DNA of 64,000 nucleotides from Paludibacteraceae bacterium (GTDB lineage: Bacteria; Bacteroidota; Bacteroidia; Bacteroidales; Paludibacteraceae). The stretch is taken from assembly GCA_045577965.1 (NCBI GenBank), contig JAZNJI010000002.1:4323-68322 (forward strand). The letters run 5' to 3'. The notes under the pieces were generated by a model. The model worked only from the letters and a program-made list of their open reading frames with translations. It was not told where the DNA came from and made no database searches. Positions 46,127 through 53,706 of this stretch are shown piece by piece (position 1 is the first letter of the stretch; each line of letters opens with the position of its first letter). The translations under genes were made by a program, and so were the position numbers.

Positions 46127-47119
46127 ATGCGAGGACTAGTTATAAAATCTACTGGTACGAGTTACGGCGTACACTTCGAGGACGGAACAACCGCCGAATG
46201 TCATGTCAAGGGCAATTTCCGCATTCGTGGTATTCGCTCTACTAACCCTATTGCCATAGGCGACCATGTTGAGGTGACGCAACTAGAGGACGGTACCAAT
46301 TGGATCACCGAACTATACGACCGCAAAAACTACATCATCCGCCGCTCCACCAACCTGAGCTATGCCTCACATATCATAGCAGCCAATGTAGATATGGCGG
46401 CATTGATCGTCACACTCCGTCACCCCGAGACATCAACCACCTTTATTGATCGCTTCCTAGCGACCTGCGAAGCTTATCGCGTGCCCGCGTGCATAATATT
46501 TAATAAGGTGGATCTGCTCACCGAAGATGAACTGGAGCAACTATCTACCCTCCGCCAATTATACGAGTCATTGGGCTATCCTACCTACGCTATCTCTGCA
46601 ATAACCCTCACTTCTTCGCCTGATAGCCCAATCGCCCAATCGCCTAATCACCTCATCTCTGCCATCTTTGATGGCAAAGTTACTCTCCTCTCTGGCAATT
46701 CTGGCGTAGGAAAATCTACCCTTTTGAACGCCATTTTAGGCAAAGATGTTGCTCGAACAGGCGCCATCTCCTCTGCCCACCACAAGGGTATGCACACCAC
46801 CACCTTCTCCGAGATGTACCCGCTACACAACACTACACAACACTACACAACACTACACAACACTACCCCACATTCCTGGCTCATCGACACCCCAGGCATC
46901 AAGGGATTTGGTCTGCTAGACATTGAAAAAGAGGAAGTAGGGCACTATTTCCGAGAGATTTTTGAGGTAGCACGCGAATGCCGCTACTCCAACTGCTTGC
47001 ACACGGGCGAGCCTGGATGTGCGGTATATCAAGCAGTGGTAGATGGCAAGATCGCCCTCTCACGCTACGAGAGTTACCTCAGTATCCTAGACGACACCAA
47101 CGAAGGGAAGTATCGTTGA
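46127..47119 (+). CDS. rsgA: ribosome small-subunit-dependent GTPase A
   Basis: OB-fold N terminus, NKVDL, GNSGVGKSTLLNAI, DTPG and Zn knuckle CRYSNCLHTGEPGCAV are present. It contains two in-frame word arrays. Confidence 0.88.
   Translation: MRGLVIKSTGTSYGVHFEDGTTAECHVKGNFRIRGIRSTNPIAIGDHVEVTQLEDGTNWITELYDRKNYIIRRSTNLSYASHIIAANVDMAALIVTLRHPETSTTFIDRFLATCEAYRVPACIIFNKVDLLTEDELEQLSTLRQLYESLGYPTYAISAITLTSSPDSPIAQSPNHLISAIFDGKVTLLSGNSGVGKSTLLNAILGKDVARTGAISSAHHKGMHTTTFSEMYPLHNTTQHYTTLHNTTPHSWLIDTPGIKGFGLLDIEKEEVGHYFREIFEVARECRYSNCLHTGEPGCAVYQAVVDGKIALSRYESYLSILDDTNEGKYR
46614..46652 (+). repeat. in-frame word array inside rsgA
   Basis: cttcgcctgatagcccaatcgcccaatcgcctaatcacc encodes SSPDSPIAQSPNH. 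Confidence 0.7.
46823..46869 (+). repeat. in-frame 10-nt-period word array inside rsgA
   Basis: The unit ctacacaaca is repeated 4 times, followed by ctacccc. It encodes LHNTTQHYTTLHNTTP between the conserved HTTT..E and IDTPG blocks. Confidence 0.85.
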
Positions 47120-47156
47120 TTTATAGTTTATAATTTAAAGTTTAAAGGCTCAGATC

Positions 47157-47771
47157 ATGAAAAAGATTTTATTATTGCCATTTTTGGCATTTGCAATGCT
47201 GTCATGTACAGCTCCTAAAACACAAGAACCTATGCAAAACGAAGTAATCAACGCCATCATGTCACGCCGCAGCATTCGCCAATACCATGCTACTCCTGTG
47301 GCTCGCGACACCATGATGCAAATCATGACCTGCGGAATTAATGCAGCCAACGGTCAAAACAAACAGTCTTGGGAAGTGCGTATCATTGACAACCCAGACA
47401 AGATGCAACAGATTCAAGACCTGATGGTAGCAGGTAACCCTGCTCTACAACCAGAGATGGTACGCGGTTGCATGCGCGGTGCACCAGTGATGACCTTTAT
47501 TGCTCGTGACCTCGGCTACGATTTCTCAGCGTACGACTGCGGCCTACTCGCTGGTAACATGATGTTGGCTGCTCAATCATTGGGCGTAGGTAGCATCTGC
47601 CTCGGTAGCCCCGTGCGTTTTATCAATGACGCAGAGAATAGCGCTGAGATCCTAGCCCTATTAGGCTTTAGCGAAAACTACGAACTCTGCCTCTGTGTGG
47701 GCTTTGGCTATGCCAACGAATCACCCGAAGCTAAACCACGCGACATCAACAAAGTGCAGTATATCGACTAA
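47157..47771 (+). CDS. nitroreductase-family lipoprotein
   Basis: Lipobox AMLSCTAP, the RRSIRQY motif and a nitroreductase fold are present. A strong terminator follows. Confidence 0.8.
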   Translation: MKKILLLPFLAFAMLSCTAPKTQEPMQNEVINAIMSRRSIRQYHATPVARDTMMQIMTCGINAANGQNKQSWEVRIIDNPDKMQQIQDLMVAGNPALQPEMVRGCMRGAPVMTFIARDLGYDFSAYDCGLLAGNMMLAAQSLGVGSICLGSPVRFINDAENSAEILALLGFSENYELCLCVGFGYANESPEAKPRDINKVQYID

Positions 47772-47792
47772 TCTCCCGTCCCAACAATCCCA

Positions 47793-47825
47793 GCCCTCAC
47801 ATCACAACTGTGAGGGCTTTTTATT
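47793..47825 (+). terminator. terminator after the nitroreductase gene
   Basis: gccctcaca-tcacaac-tgtgagggc, followed by tttttatt. Confidence 0.9.
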
Positions 47826-47827
47826 TC

Positions 47828-47910
47828 CCCATATCTATAACCTATAGCCCAAAGGGCGTCCTATAGGCGCCTCGCGCCGTCCTATAGCGGCTCTGCCGCG
47901 TCCTCTAAAC
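47828..47910. repeat. word-array / mini-hairpin repeat
   Basis: ccatatctataacctatagcccaaagggcgtc ctataggcgcctcgcgccgtc ctatagcggctctgccgcgtcc tctaaac. It is an inverted match to 3890-3916. Confidence 0.85.
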
Positions 47911-47983
47911 TAAAAAATGCACTTTTCCACAAAAAAAGTGCATTTTTTCTTACATACTGACAAGTTTTAGCAGTTTGACGCAG

Positions 47984-47991
47984 TACCTTTG
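47984..47991 (+). promoter_or_regulatory. -7 box TACCTTTG upstream of the 32-aa ORF
   Basis: 50 nt before ATG 48041. Confidence 0.55.
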
Positions 47992-48040
47992 CACCCGATT
48001 TCAAGAAATTGCATGTTTAACTACTAAAAAACTTACTCGT

Positions 48041-48139
48041 ATGAACCTATTACTCACATTACTTATCAGTTTAGCTTCGGCTACAATCATTACCTTTTGT
48101 ATTGACATTATCGCACAATTATGGCATGGCCAAGCATAA
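48041..48139 (+). CDS. possible 32-aa hydrophobic peptide
   Basis: Manual translation gives MNLLLTLLISLASATIITFCIDIIAQLWHGQA. It has its own TACCTTTG box 50 nt upstream and lies immediately upstream of the recA promoter. Confidence 0.3.
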   Translation: MNLLLTLLISLASATIITFCIDIIAQLWHGQA

Positions 48140-48186
48140 AGATGCAAAAAAAATAATGACTATTTGCATAAATGCAAAAAAAATAC

Positions 48187-48194
48187 TACCTTTG
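48187..48194 (+). promoter_or_regulatory. -7 box TACCTTTG for recA
   Basis: Preceded by tttgcataaatgcaaaaaaaa. The leader is a G-poor word array. Confidence 0.75.
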
Positions 48195-48206
48195 CAGTCG
48201 CGTTAG

Positions 48207-48255
48207 TAATACAACGCTACACAACACAACACTAACCATTCTAAACAACACTACT
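48207..48255. repeat. G-poor word array forming the recA leader
   Basis: taatacaacgctacacaacacaacactaaccattctaaacaacactact, followed directly by ATG. Confidence 0.8.
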
Positions 48256-49263
48256 ATGGCTGAAGAAAAGAAAAATCCGTCCGTAGAGAAACTCAAGGCA
48301 TTGCAACTCGCAATGGAAAAAATTGATAAGCAATTTGGTAAAGGCGCCATCATGAAATTGGGTGATGACAAAGTAGAAGATGTACCTGTAATACCATCTG
48401 GTTCAGTAGGTCTCAACGTCGCACTCGGCGTAGGCGGTTACCCTCGCGGACGTATCGTAGAGATTTATGGTCCAGAGTCTTCTGGTAAAACCACCCTCGC
48501 CATCCATGCTATGGCAGAGGTGCAAAAGCAAGGCGGTATCGCTGCTATCATCGATGCCGAGCACGCATTCGACCGCTTCTATGCAGAGAAACTAGGAGTC
48601 AACACCAACGACTTGCTCATCGCCCAACCAGACTGCGGCGAGCAAGCACTCGACATTGCAGACGAACTCATCCGCAGTGCGGCAGTGGACCTTGTAGTCA
48701 TCGACTCTGTAGCTGCCCTCACCCCAAAAGCTGAGATTGAAGGCGATATGGGCGACAACAAAGTGGGTCTGCATGCGCGACTCATGTCGCAAGCGCTCCG
48801 CAAACTGACAGCTACCATCAACAAGACCAACACCACCTGTATCTTTATTAACCAGTTGCGTGAAAAGATTGGCGTGATGTTTGGTAACCCAGAGACCACA
48901 ACGGGTGGTAACGCGCTGAAGTTCTATGCTTCAGTTCGCCTCGACATTCGCAAATCTACCGCTATTAAGGACGGAGACGAGATTCTTGGTAACCAAGTTC
49001 GCGTGAAAGTCATCAAGAATAAGGTGGCTCCTCCATTCAAGAAAGCGGAGTTCGACCTCATGTTCAACGAAGGTATCTCTCGCGTAGGCGAACTCGTGGA
49101 TATGGGTGTAGAGAAAGGTGTCTTGACCAAGTCTGGCTCATGGTATAGCTACGAGGGCAACAAACTTGCTCAAGGTCGCGATGCGGCTAAGAACGTTCTC
49201 CGCGACAACCCAGACCTCGCCGAAGAGATCGAGAACAAGATCATGGAAGCGCTGAAGAAATAG
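48256..49263 (+). CDS. recA: recombinase RecA
   Basis: [29 protein letters not shown] and [28 protein letters not shown] are present. The track start at 48172 runs through the promoter and a word array. Confidence 0.96.
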   Translation: MAEEKKNPSVEKLKALQLAMEKIDKQFGKGAIMKLGDDKVEDVPVIPSGSVGLNVALGVGGYPRGRIVEIYGPESSGKTTLAIHAMAEVQKQGGIAAIIDAEHAFDRFYAEKLGVNTNDLLIAQPDCGEQALDIADELIRSAAVDLVVIDSVAALTPKAEIEGDMGDNKVGLHARLMSQALRKLTATINKTNTTCIFINQLREKIGVMFGNPETTTGGNALKFYASVRLDIRKSTAIKDGDEILGNQVRVKVIKNKVAPPFKKAEFDLMFNEGISRVGELVDMGVEKGVLTKSGSWYSYEGNKLAQGRDAAKNVLRDNPDLAEEIENKIMEALKK

Positions 49264-49440
49264 TCGCTGAGCGACGTAAATGGCGGCAAAGCCGCGAAAA
49301 TGGTCTTCGACGAAAATGGCACCTCTGGTACGAAAATGGTCTTCGACGTAAATTACGTGAAACCACTTTCGTGAGCAAAGCGAGCCACTTTCATGAACGA
49401 AGTGAATCACTTTCGTGAGCGATAGCGAACCATTTAACAT
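49264..49440. repeat. word-array / hairpin repeat downstream of recA
   Basis: The palindrome gtcgctgagcgac, (g)aaaatgg words and cactttcgtgagc..agcga units are present. It is related to 29451-29640. Confidence 0.85.
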
Positions 49441-51031
49441 GAACGAAGTGAACCAAACAACTCTCATATTATCCCCTGAGAAAGCTTACGACGCGGAGCA
49501 ACGCTACCGCGTCGTAAAGCGTTCTATTGATGCCCGCCAGCGTGCGCTCAAGGTCCACCTCACCGTACTTACCGACGAGCATGGTGCACCACTGCCCAAG
49601 GATGCACCTATCCCGCTGTACGAGCCACCACATTTCCAAGATGTACACAACGCCGAGCATAGTGTGGCTATCATCGGCGCAGGCCCGGCGGGCCTATTTG
49701 CTGCGCTCACGCTCATTGAACACGGCATCCGTCCAATCATCTACGAGCGTGGTAAAGAGGTTGCTGAGCGCAAGAAGGACATCGCCACGCTCAACCGTAA
49801 TCAGGGGCTGAATGCCGAGTCCAACTACTGCTTTGGCGAAGGCGGTGCAGGTACTTTCTCCGATGGCAAACTCTTCTCACGTAGCAAGAAACGCGGCAAT
49901 ATGCAACGCGTCATGGAGCTCTTCCACCATTTCGGTGGTGACGACCGCCTATTGTATGAAGCCCATGCCCATATCGGTAGCGACCGCCTGCCCACCATCA
50001 TCCGCCGCATGCGCGAGTGCATCCTCGAACATGGTGGCGAGATCCACTTCTCTACCTGCGTAGATGAACAACTCTTCCGTAGCCTTATCGCCAATAGCCA
50101 ATATCCAATAGGCGGAACGCCGTCCAATAGCCCGTTAGGGCGTCCTGCCCTCTTGGGCGTCATCCTCGCCATTGGTCACTCCGCACATGATACCTACCAC
50201 ATGCTGCATGCCAACGGTGTTGCCCTGGCAACAAAAGGTTTCGCTATGGGCGTGCGCGCAGAGCACCCACAGGCGCTGATCAATAAACTGATGTACCACG
50301 ATCCATCGCCCGAACTCATCCGTTTGGTAGGCAATGCTTCGTATTCGTTGGTGACGCAGGTGCAAGGTCGTGGTGTTTATTCCTTCTGTATGTGCCCAGG
50401 CGGACATATCGTCCCAGCAGGCAGTGCGCTGAATAGTTGTGTAGTTAATGGTATGTCTGCCAGCCACCGCAACTCTCCATACGCCAATTCGGGTATGGTC
50501 GTAGAAATTCGTCCCGAAGACTTGCTCGTCAATAACAATACTACACCACACTACACAATTCTACACCATACTACCCCTGCTCTTGCAGGCCTAACATTCC
50601 AGCAAGAGCTCGAACGCCTTGCCTTTGAATACGGTGGCGAACCATCCTTAGCTCCTGCTCAACGCTTACGCGATTTCGTGGAGGGCAAGGCAAGTAAGAC
50701 GCTACCTGCATGTAGCTATCTGCCAGGCACGGTGTCCAGCCGCCTTGACCAATGGTTACCCGAACATATCGGCAAACGCTTGCAACAGGGATTCCGCGAT
50801 TTCGACCGCAAATATCGAGGTTTCTTGACCAACGAAGCCGTTATCCTTGGCGTAGAGAGCCGCAGTAGTAGCGCTGTGCGTATTCCTCGCGATCCCGAGA
50901 CACTGCAATCTATATCCACGCCTCACCTTTATCCTTGTGGTGAAGGAGCAGGCTACGCAGGCGGCATCACCTCCTCCGCACTCGACGGCATCAATGTCGC
51001 CCTCAAAATCGCCGAACGCATTACCCACTAA
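49439..51031 (+). CDS. FAD-dependent oxidoreductase (COG2509-like)
   Basis: VAIIGAGPAGLFAAL dinucleotide fold and CFGEGGAGTFSDGKL are present. It contains two in-frame word arrays. The track start at 49415 lies in an array. Confidence 0.75.
   Translation: MNEVNQTTLILSPEKAYDAEQRYRVVKRSIDARQRALKVHLTVLTDEHGAPLPKDAPIPLYEPPHFQDVHNAEHSVAIIGAGPAGLFAALTLIEHGIRPIIYERGKEVAERKKDIATLNRNQGLNAESNYCFGEGGAGTFSDGKLFSRSKKRGNMQRVMELFHHFGGDDRLLYEAHAHIGSDRLPTIIRRMRECILEHGGEIHFSTCVDEQLFRSLIANSQYPIGGTPSNSPLGRPALLGVILAIGHSAHDTYHMLHANGVALATKGFAMGVRAEHPQALINKLMYHDPSPELIRLVGNASYSLVTQVQGRGVYSFCMCPGGHIVPAGSALNSCVVNGMSASHRNSPYANSGMVVEIRPEDLLVNNNTTPHYTILHHTTPALAGLTFQQELERLAFEYGGEPSLAPAQRLRDFVEGKASKTLPACSYLPGTVSSRLDQWLPEHIGKRLQQGFRDFDRKYRGFLTNEAVILGVESRSSSAVRIPRDPETLQSISTPHLYPCGEGAGYAGGITSSALDGINVALKIAERITH
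50084..50145 (+). repeat. in-frame word-array/mini-hairpin insertion inside the FAD oxidoreductase gene
   Basis: cttatcgccaatagccaatatccaataggcggaacgccgtccaatagcccgttagggcgtcc uses the same words as the intergenic array at 32212-32300. Confidence 0.8.
50530..50577 (+). repeat. in-frame G-free word array inside the FAD oxidoreductase gene
   Basis: caataacaatactacaccacactacacaattctacaccatactacccc encodes NNNTTPHYTILHHTTP. Confidence 0.8.
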
Positions 51032-51112
51032 CCACCCTACGCAACACAACACTACACTATACTACCCTACACTACACTATACTACACCACACTACACAAT
51101 ACTACACAACCC
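51030..51112. repeat. G-free word array forming the tcdA leader
   Basis: accaccctacgcaacacaacactacactatactaccctacactacactatactacaccacactacacaatactacacaaccc. Confidence 0.9.
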
Positions 51113-51114
51113 TT

Positions 51115-51798
51115 ATGTTTACACGAACGATACAACTCATAGGCGAAGACGGCTTTCGCGCGTTGCAGAATGCTCGCGTGATACTCTTCGGCGTGGGCGG
51201 CGTGGGCGGTTGGTGCGCAGAGACACTCCTGCGCACAGGCATCGGACACCTGACCCTGGTGGATTTCGACAAAGTGGACACTACTAACCTCAACCGTCAA
51301 GTGGTAGCTACCCACAATAATATCGGACAAAGCAAAGTCCTCGAGATGCAAAAGCGCCTTCTCAATATCGCTCCTGAAGCAGATATTCAAGCCATTGACC
51401 GACAATACAATGCCGATACAGCAGACTCCTTCGACCTCACGCAATACGACATCGTGATTGATGCCATCGACATGGTGGAGTGCAAAGCACTACTGCTCTA
51501 CCGTGCGACACAAGCGGGTTGCAGAGTGTATTCTAGCATGGGTGCAGGTCGCAAAACCGATCCACAAAAGATTCGCACCGCAGAGTTTTGGAAGGTACAA
51601 GGCTGCCCTCTCGCGCGTGCCTTACGTACCAAAATGAAAAAGGCAGGACTAATGCCTGCCTCTAAGATTCAATGTGCCTATTCCGAAGAGATCAGTGGAG
51701 ACCAAGGTACCCTCGCCCCTGTCGTGGGCGTATTTGGCATGACCCTCGCCAGCTTGGTAATCAATGACCTAAATAATCATTCGAACTGCTCCGCGTAG
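51115..51798 (+). CDS. tcdA: tRNA threonylcarbamoyladenosine dehydratase (ThiF/E1-like)
   Basis: ARVILFGVGGVGGWCAETLLRTGIGHLTLVDFDKVDTTNLNRQ is present. Confidence 0.8.
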   Translation: MFTRTIQLIGEDGFRALQNARVILFGVGGVGGWCAETLLRTGIGHLTLVDFDKVDTTNLNRQVVATHNNIGQSKVLEMQKRLLNIAPEADIQAIDRQYNADTADSFDLTQYDIVIDAIDMVECKALLLYRATQAGCRVYSSMGAGRKTDPQKIRTAEFWKVQGCPLARALRTKMKKAGLMPASKIQCAYSEEISGDQGTLAPVVGVFGMTLASLVINDLNNHSNCSA

Positions 51799-53705
51799 GT
51801 GCATCCCTCGCGCCAGCGCGAGCAACCATAGCGCGTCCGACCGCGAATAATTGTTCCCTTTCCACAGACAGGGCAACGCATACCTGCCTTATCGGCTTTC
51901 ACCTCATACACCACTTCCGTTGTCATTTGCTTGAGTTCGTCTAAGAACTGCTGCGCCGTGAAGCTACCACGCTCTATCTCGCGCAATTTCTTCTCCCAGC
52001 GTCCTGTGAGTTCTGCCGACTTGAGCAAAGGAGAGATAATAGTTTGTATCAGATTAATACCCAACTCCGTAGCATGGATATTCTTCTTTTCGCGCACAAT
52101 ATACTTGCGTTGGAAGAGCTTCTCAATAATCGCTGCACGCGTACTTGGGCGACCAATTCCGTTCTCCTTCATCGCATCGCGCAACTCCTCATCCTCCACC
52201 GTCTTGCCTGCCGTTTCCATTGCACGTAGCAAGGTAGCTTCGGTGTAATACTTGGGAGGAGTCGTCGTTTTCTCTTGCAGCTGTGGCTCGTGAGGTCCCG
52301 ACTCGCCTTTCACAAAAGCAGGTAAGCTCTTTTGCTCCTCTTGTGGCTCATCCTCCTGCTTCTCCTTGGCGAAGATCTCGCGCCAACCCATCTTGAGGAT
52401 TTGGCGACCTGTTACCTTGAAATCCACATCTCCCGCCTTGGCCAGCACGGTCGTATTGGACACCTCACAATCGGGATAGAACGCCGCAATAAAGCGCAAC
52501 GCTACCAGATTATACACCTTGCGCTCCAACTCCGAGAGATTATCTGGTCGTTGTCCTGTAGGGATGATTGCATGGTGGTCAGTCACCTTCTTATTATCGA
52601 AAACCTTCTTTGACTTTGGCAAACTACCTGCACCTTTCTTGCCATCCGCCTTAAGGGGAAGCAATGGGGCTACTTGTGGGAAATAATCCTTTATCCCCTG
52701 CAAGGTCGCAGGTACTTTCGGATAAATATCGTCGCTCAGATAAGTAGTATCTACACGCGGGTAGGTGGTTACATGCTTCTCATACAAGCTTTGTATTACC
52801 TTCAGTGTATCATCTGCCGACAGACTAAACTTCTTGTTACACTCCACCTGCAAGGAGGTCAAATCAAACAATCGAGGTGCAAACTCCGTGCCTTTCTTCT
52901 TCTCCACCGAAGTAATTTCCAATGGCAAATCCTTGATTGAATCCACCAACGCTTGACCTTTTTCGAGCGAAGTGATTGCATAATCATCCTCCTCAACAGG
53001 CAATTGCGCCGAGAAGGTCGTATCTCGGTAAATTGTTTTCAGTTCCCAATAGGTGCGTGGCACAAAATGCTCAATTTCGTGCTGACGCTTGACAATCAAT
53101 GCCAAGGTAGGGGTCTGCACACGACCAATACTCAGCACCTGCCGATCCTTGCCCACACCTTTTGCATAACGCAGCGTGTACGCGCGCGTAGCATTCATGC
53201 CTAGTAGCCAATCGCCAATCGCACGCATCATACCTGCCTCATAGAGGCGTTGGTATTCGCTTTGATCTTTTAGCTTCTGAAATCCCTCTCGTATCGCATC
53301 TTCGGTCAACGAAGAAATCCACAATCGCTTCACGGGCACCTTGCAGCCCGCCTTCTGATACACCCATCGCTGTATCAACTCTCCCTCTTGCCCAGCATCA
53401 CCGCAGTTGATCACCTCATCCGCCTTGGCAATCAGGTTCTTAATCGTATTAAATTGCTTCTGCACACCCTTGTCATCCGTGACCTTGATACCAAATCGCG
53501 TAGGCACCATAGGCAGCGATGACATGTTCCAACCCTTCCATTGCTCGCTGTATTCGTGTGGATCAAGCAAGGCACAGAGGTGGCCAAAGGTCCATGTAAC
53601 ACAATAACCATTGCCCTCCATAAAACCGTCGTGCTGGGTATTAGCCCCCAGCACGCGCGCTATATCTCGTCCTACTGACGGTTTCTCTGCGATGCAAACA
53701 ATCAT
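51777..53705 (-). CDS. topB: DNA topoisomerase III
   Basis: Toprim MIVCIAEKPSVGRDIA, type IA core blocks and a C-terminal Cys4 zinc finger MRCPVCGKG...YGCS are present. Confidence 0.9.
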   Translation of the reverse strand: MIVCIAEKPSVGRDIARVLGANTQHDGFMEGNGYCVTWTFGHLCALLDPHEYSEQWKGWNMSSLPMVPTRFGIKVTDDKGVQKQFNTIKNLIAKADEVINCGDAGQEGELIQRWVYQKAGCKVPVKRLWISSLTEDAIREGFQKLKDQSEYQRLYEAGMMRAIGDWLLGMNATRAYTLRYAKGVGKDRQVLSIGRVQTPTLALIVKRQHEIEHFVPRTYWELKTIYRDTTFSAQLPVEEDDYAITSLEKGQALVDSIKDLPLEITSVEKKKGTEFAPRLFDLTSLQVECNKKFSLSADDTLKVIQSLYEKHVTTYPRVDTTYLSDDIYPKVPATLQGIKDYFPQVAPLLPLKADGKKGAGSLPKSKKVFDNKKVTDHHAIIPTGQRPDNLSELERKVYNLVALRFIAAFYPDCEVSNTTVLAKAGDVDFKVTGRQILKMGWREIFAKEKQEDEPQEEQKSLPAFVKGESGPHEPQLQEKTTTPPKYYTEATLLRAMETAGKTVEDEELRDAMKENGIGRPSTRAAIIEKLFQRKYIVREKKNIHATELGINLIQTIISPLLKSAELTGRWEKKLREIERGSFTAQQFLDELKQMTTEVVYEVKADKAGMRCPVCGKGTIIRGRTRYGCSRWREGCTYAEQFE

Positions 53706-53706
53706 G

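Noticed and set aside
48172-48255. N-terminal extensions offered by the ORF track for recA (48172), serS (57091), ddl (8077), recG (21752), rsgA (46103), the FAD oxidoreductase (49415), the NTase (32242) and the kinase (34253)
   Set aside because: The extensions run through promoter boxes, terminators or word arrays. Conserved N termini begin at the internal Met chosen in the feature table.
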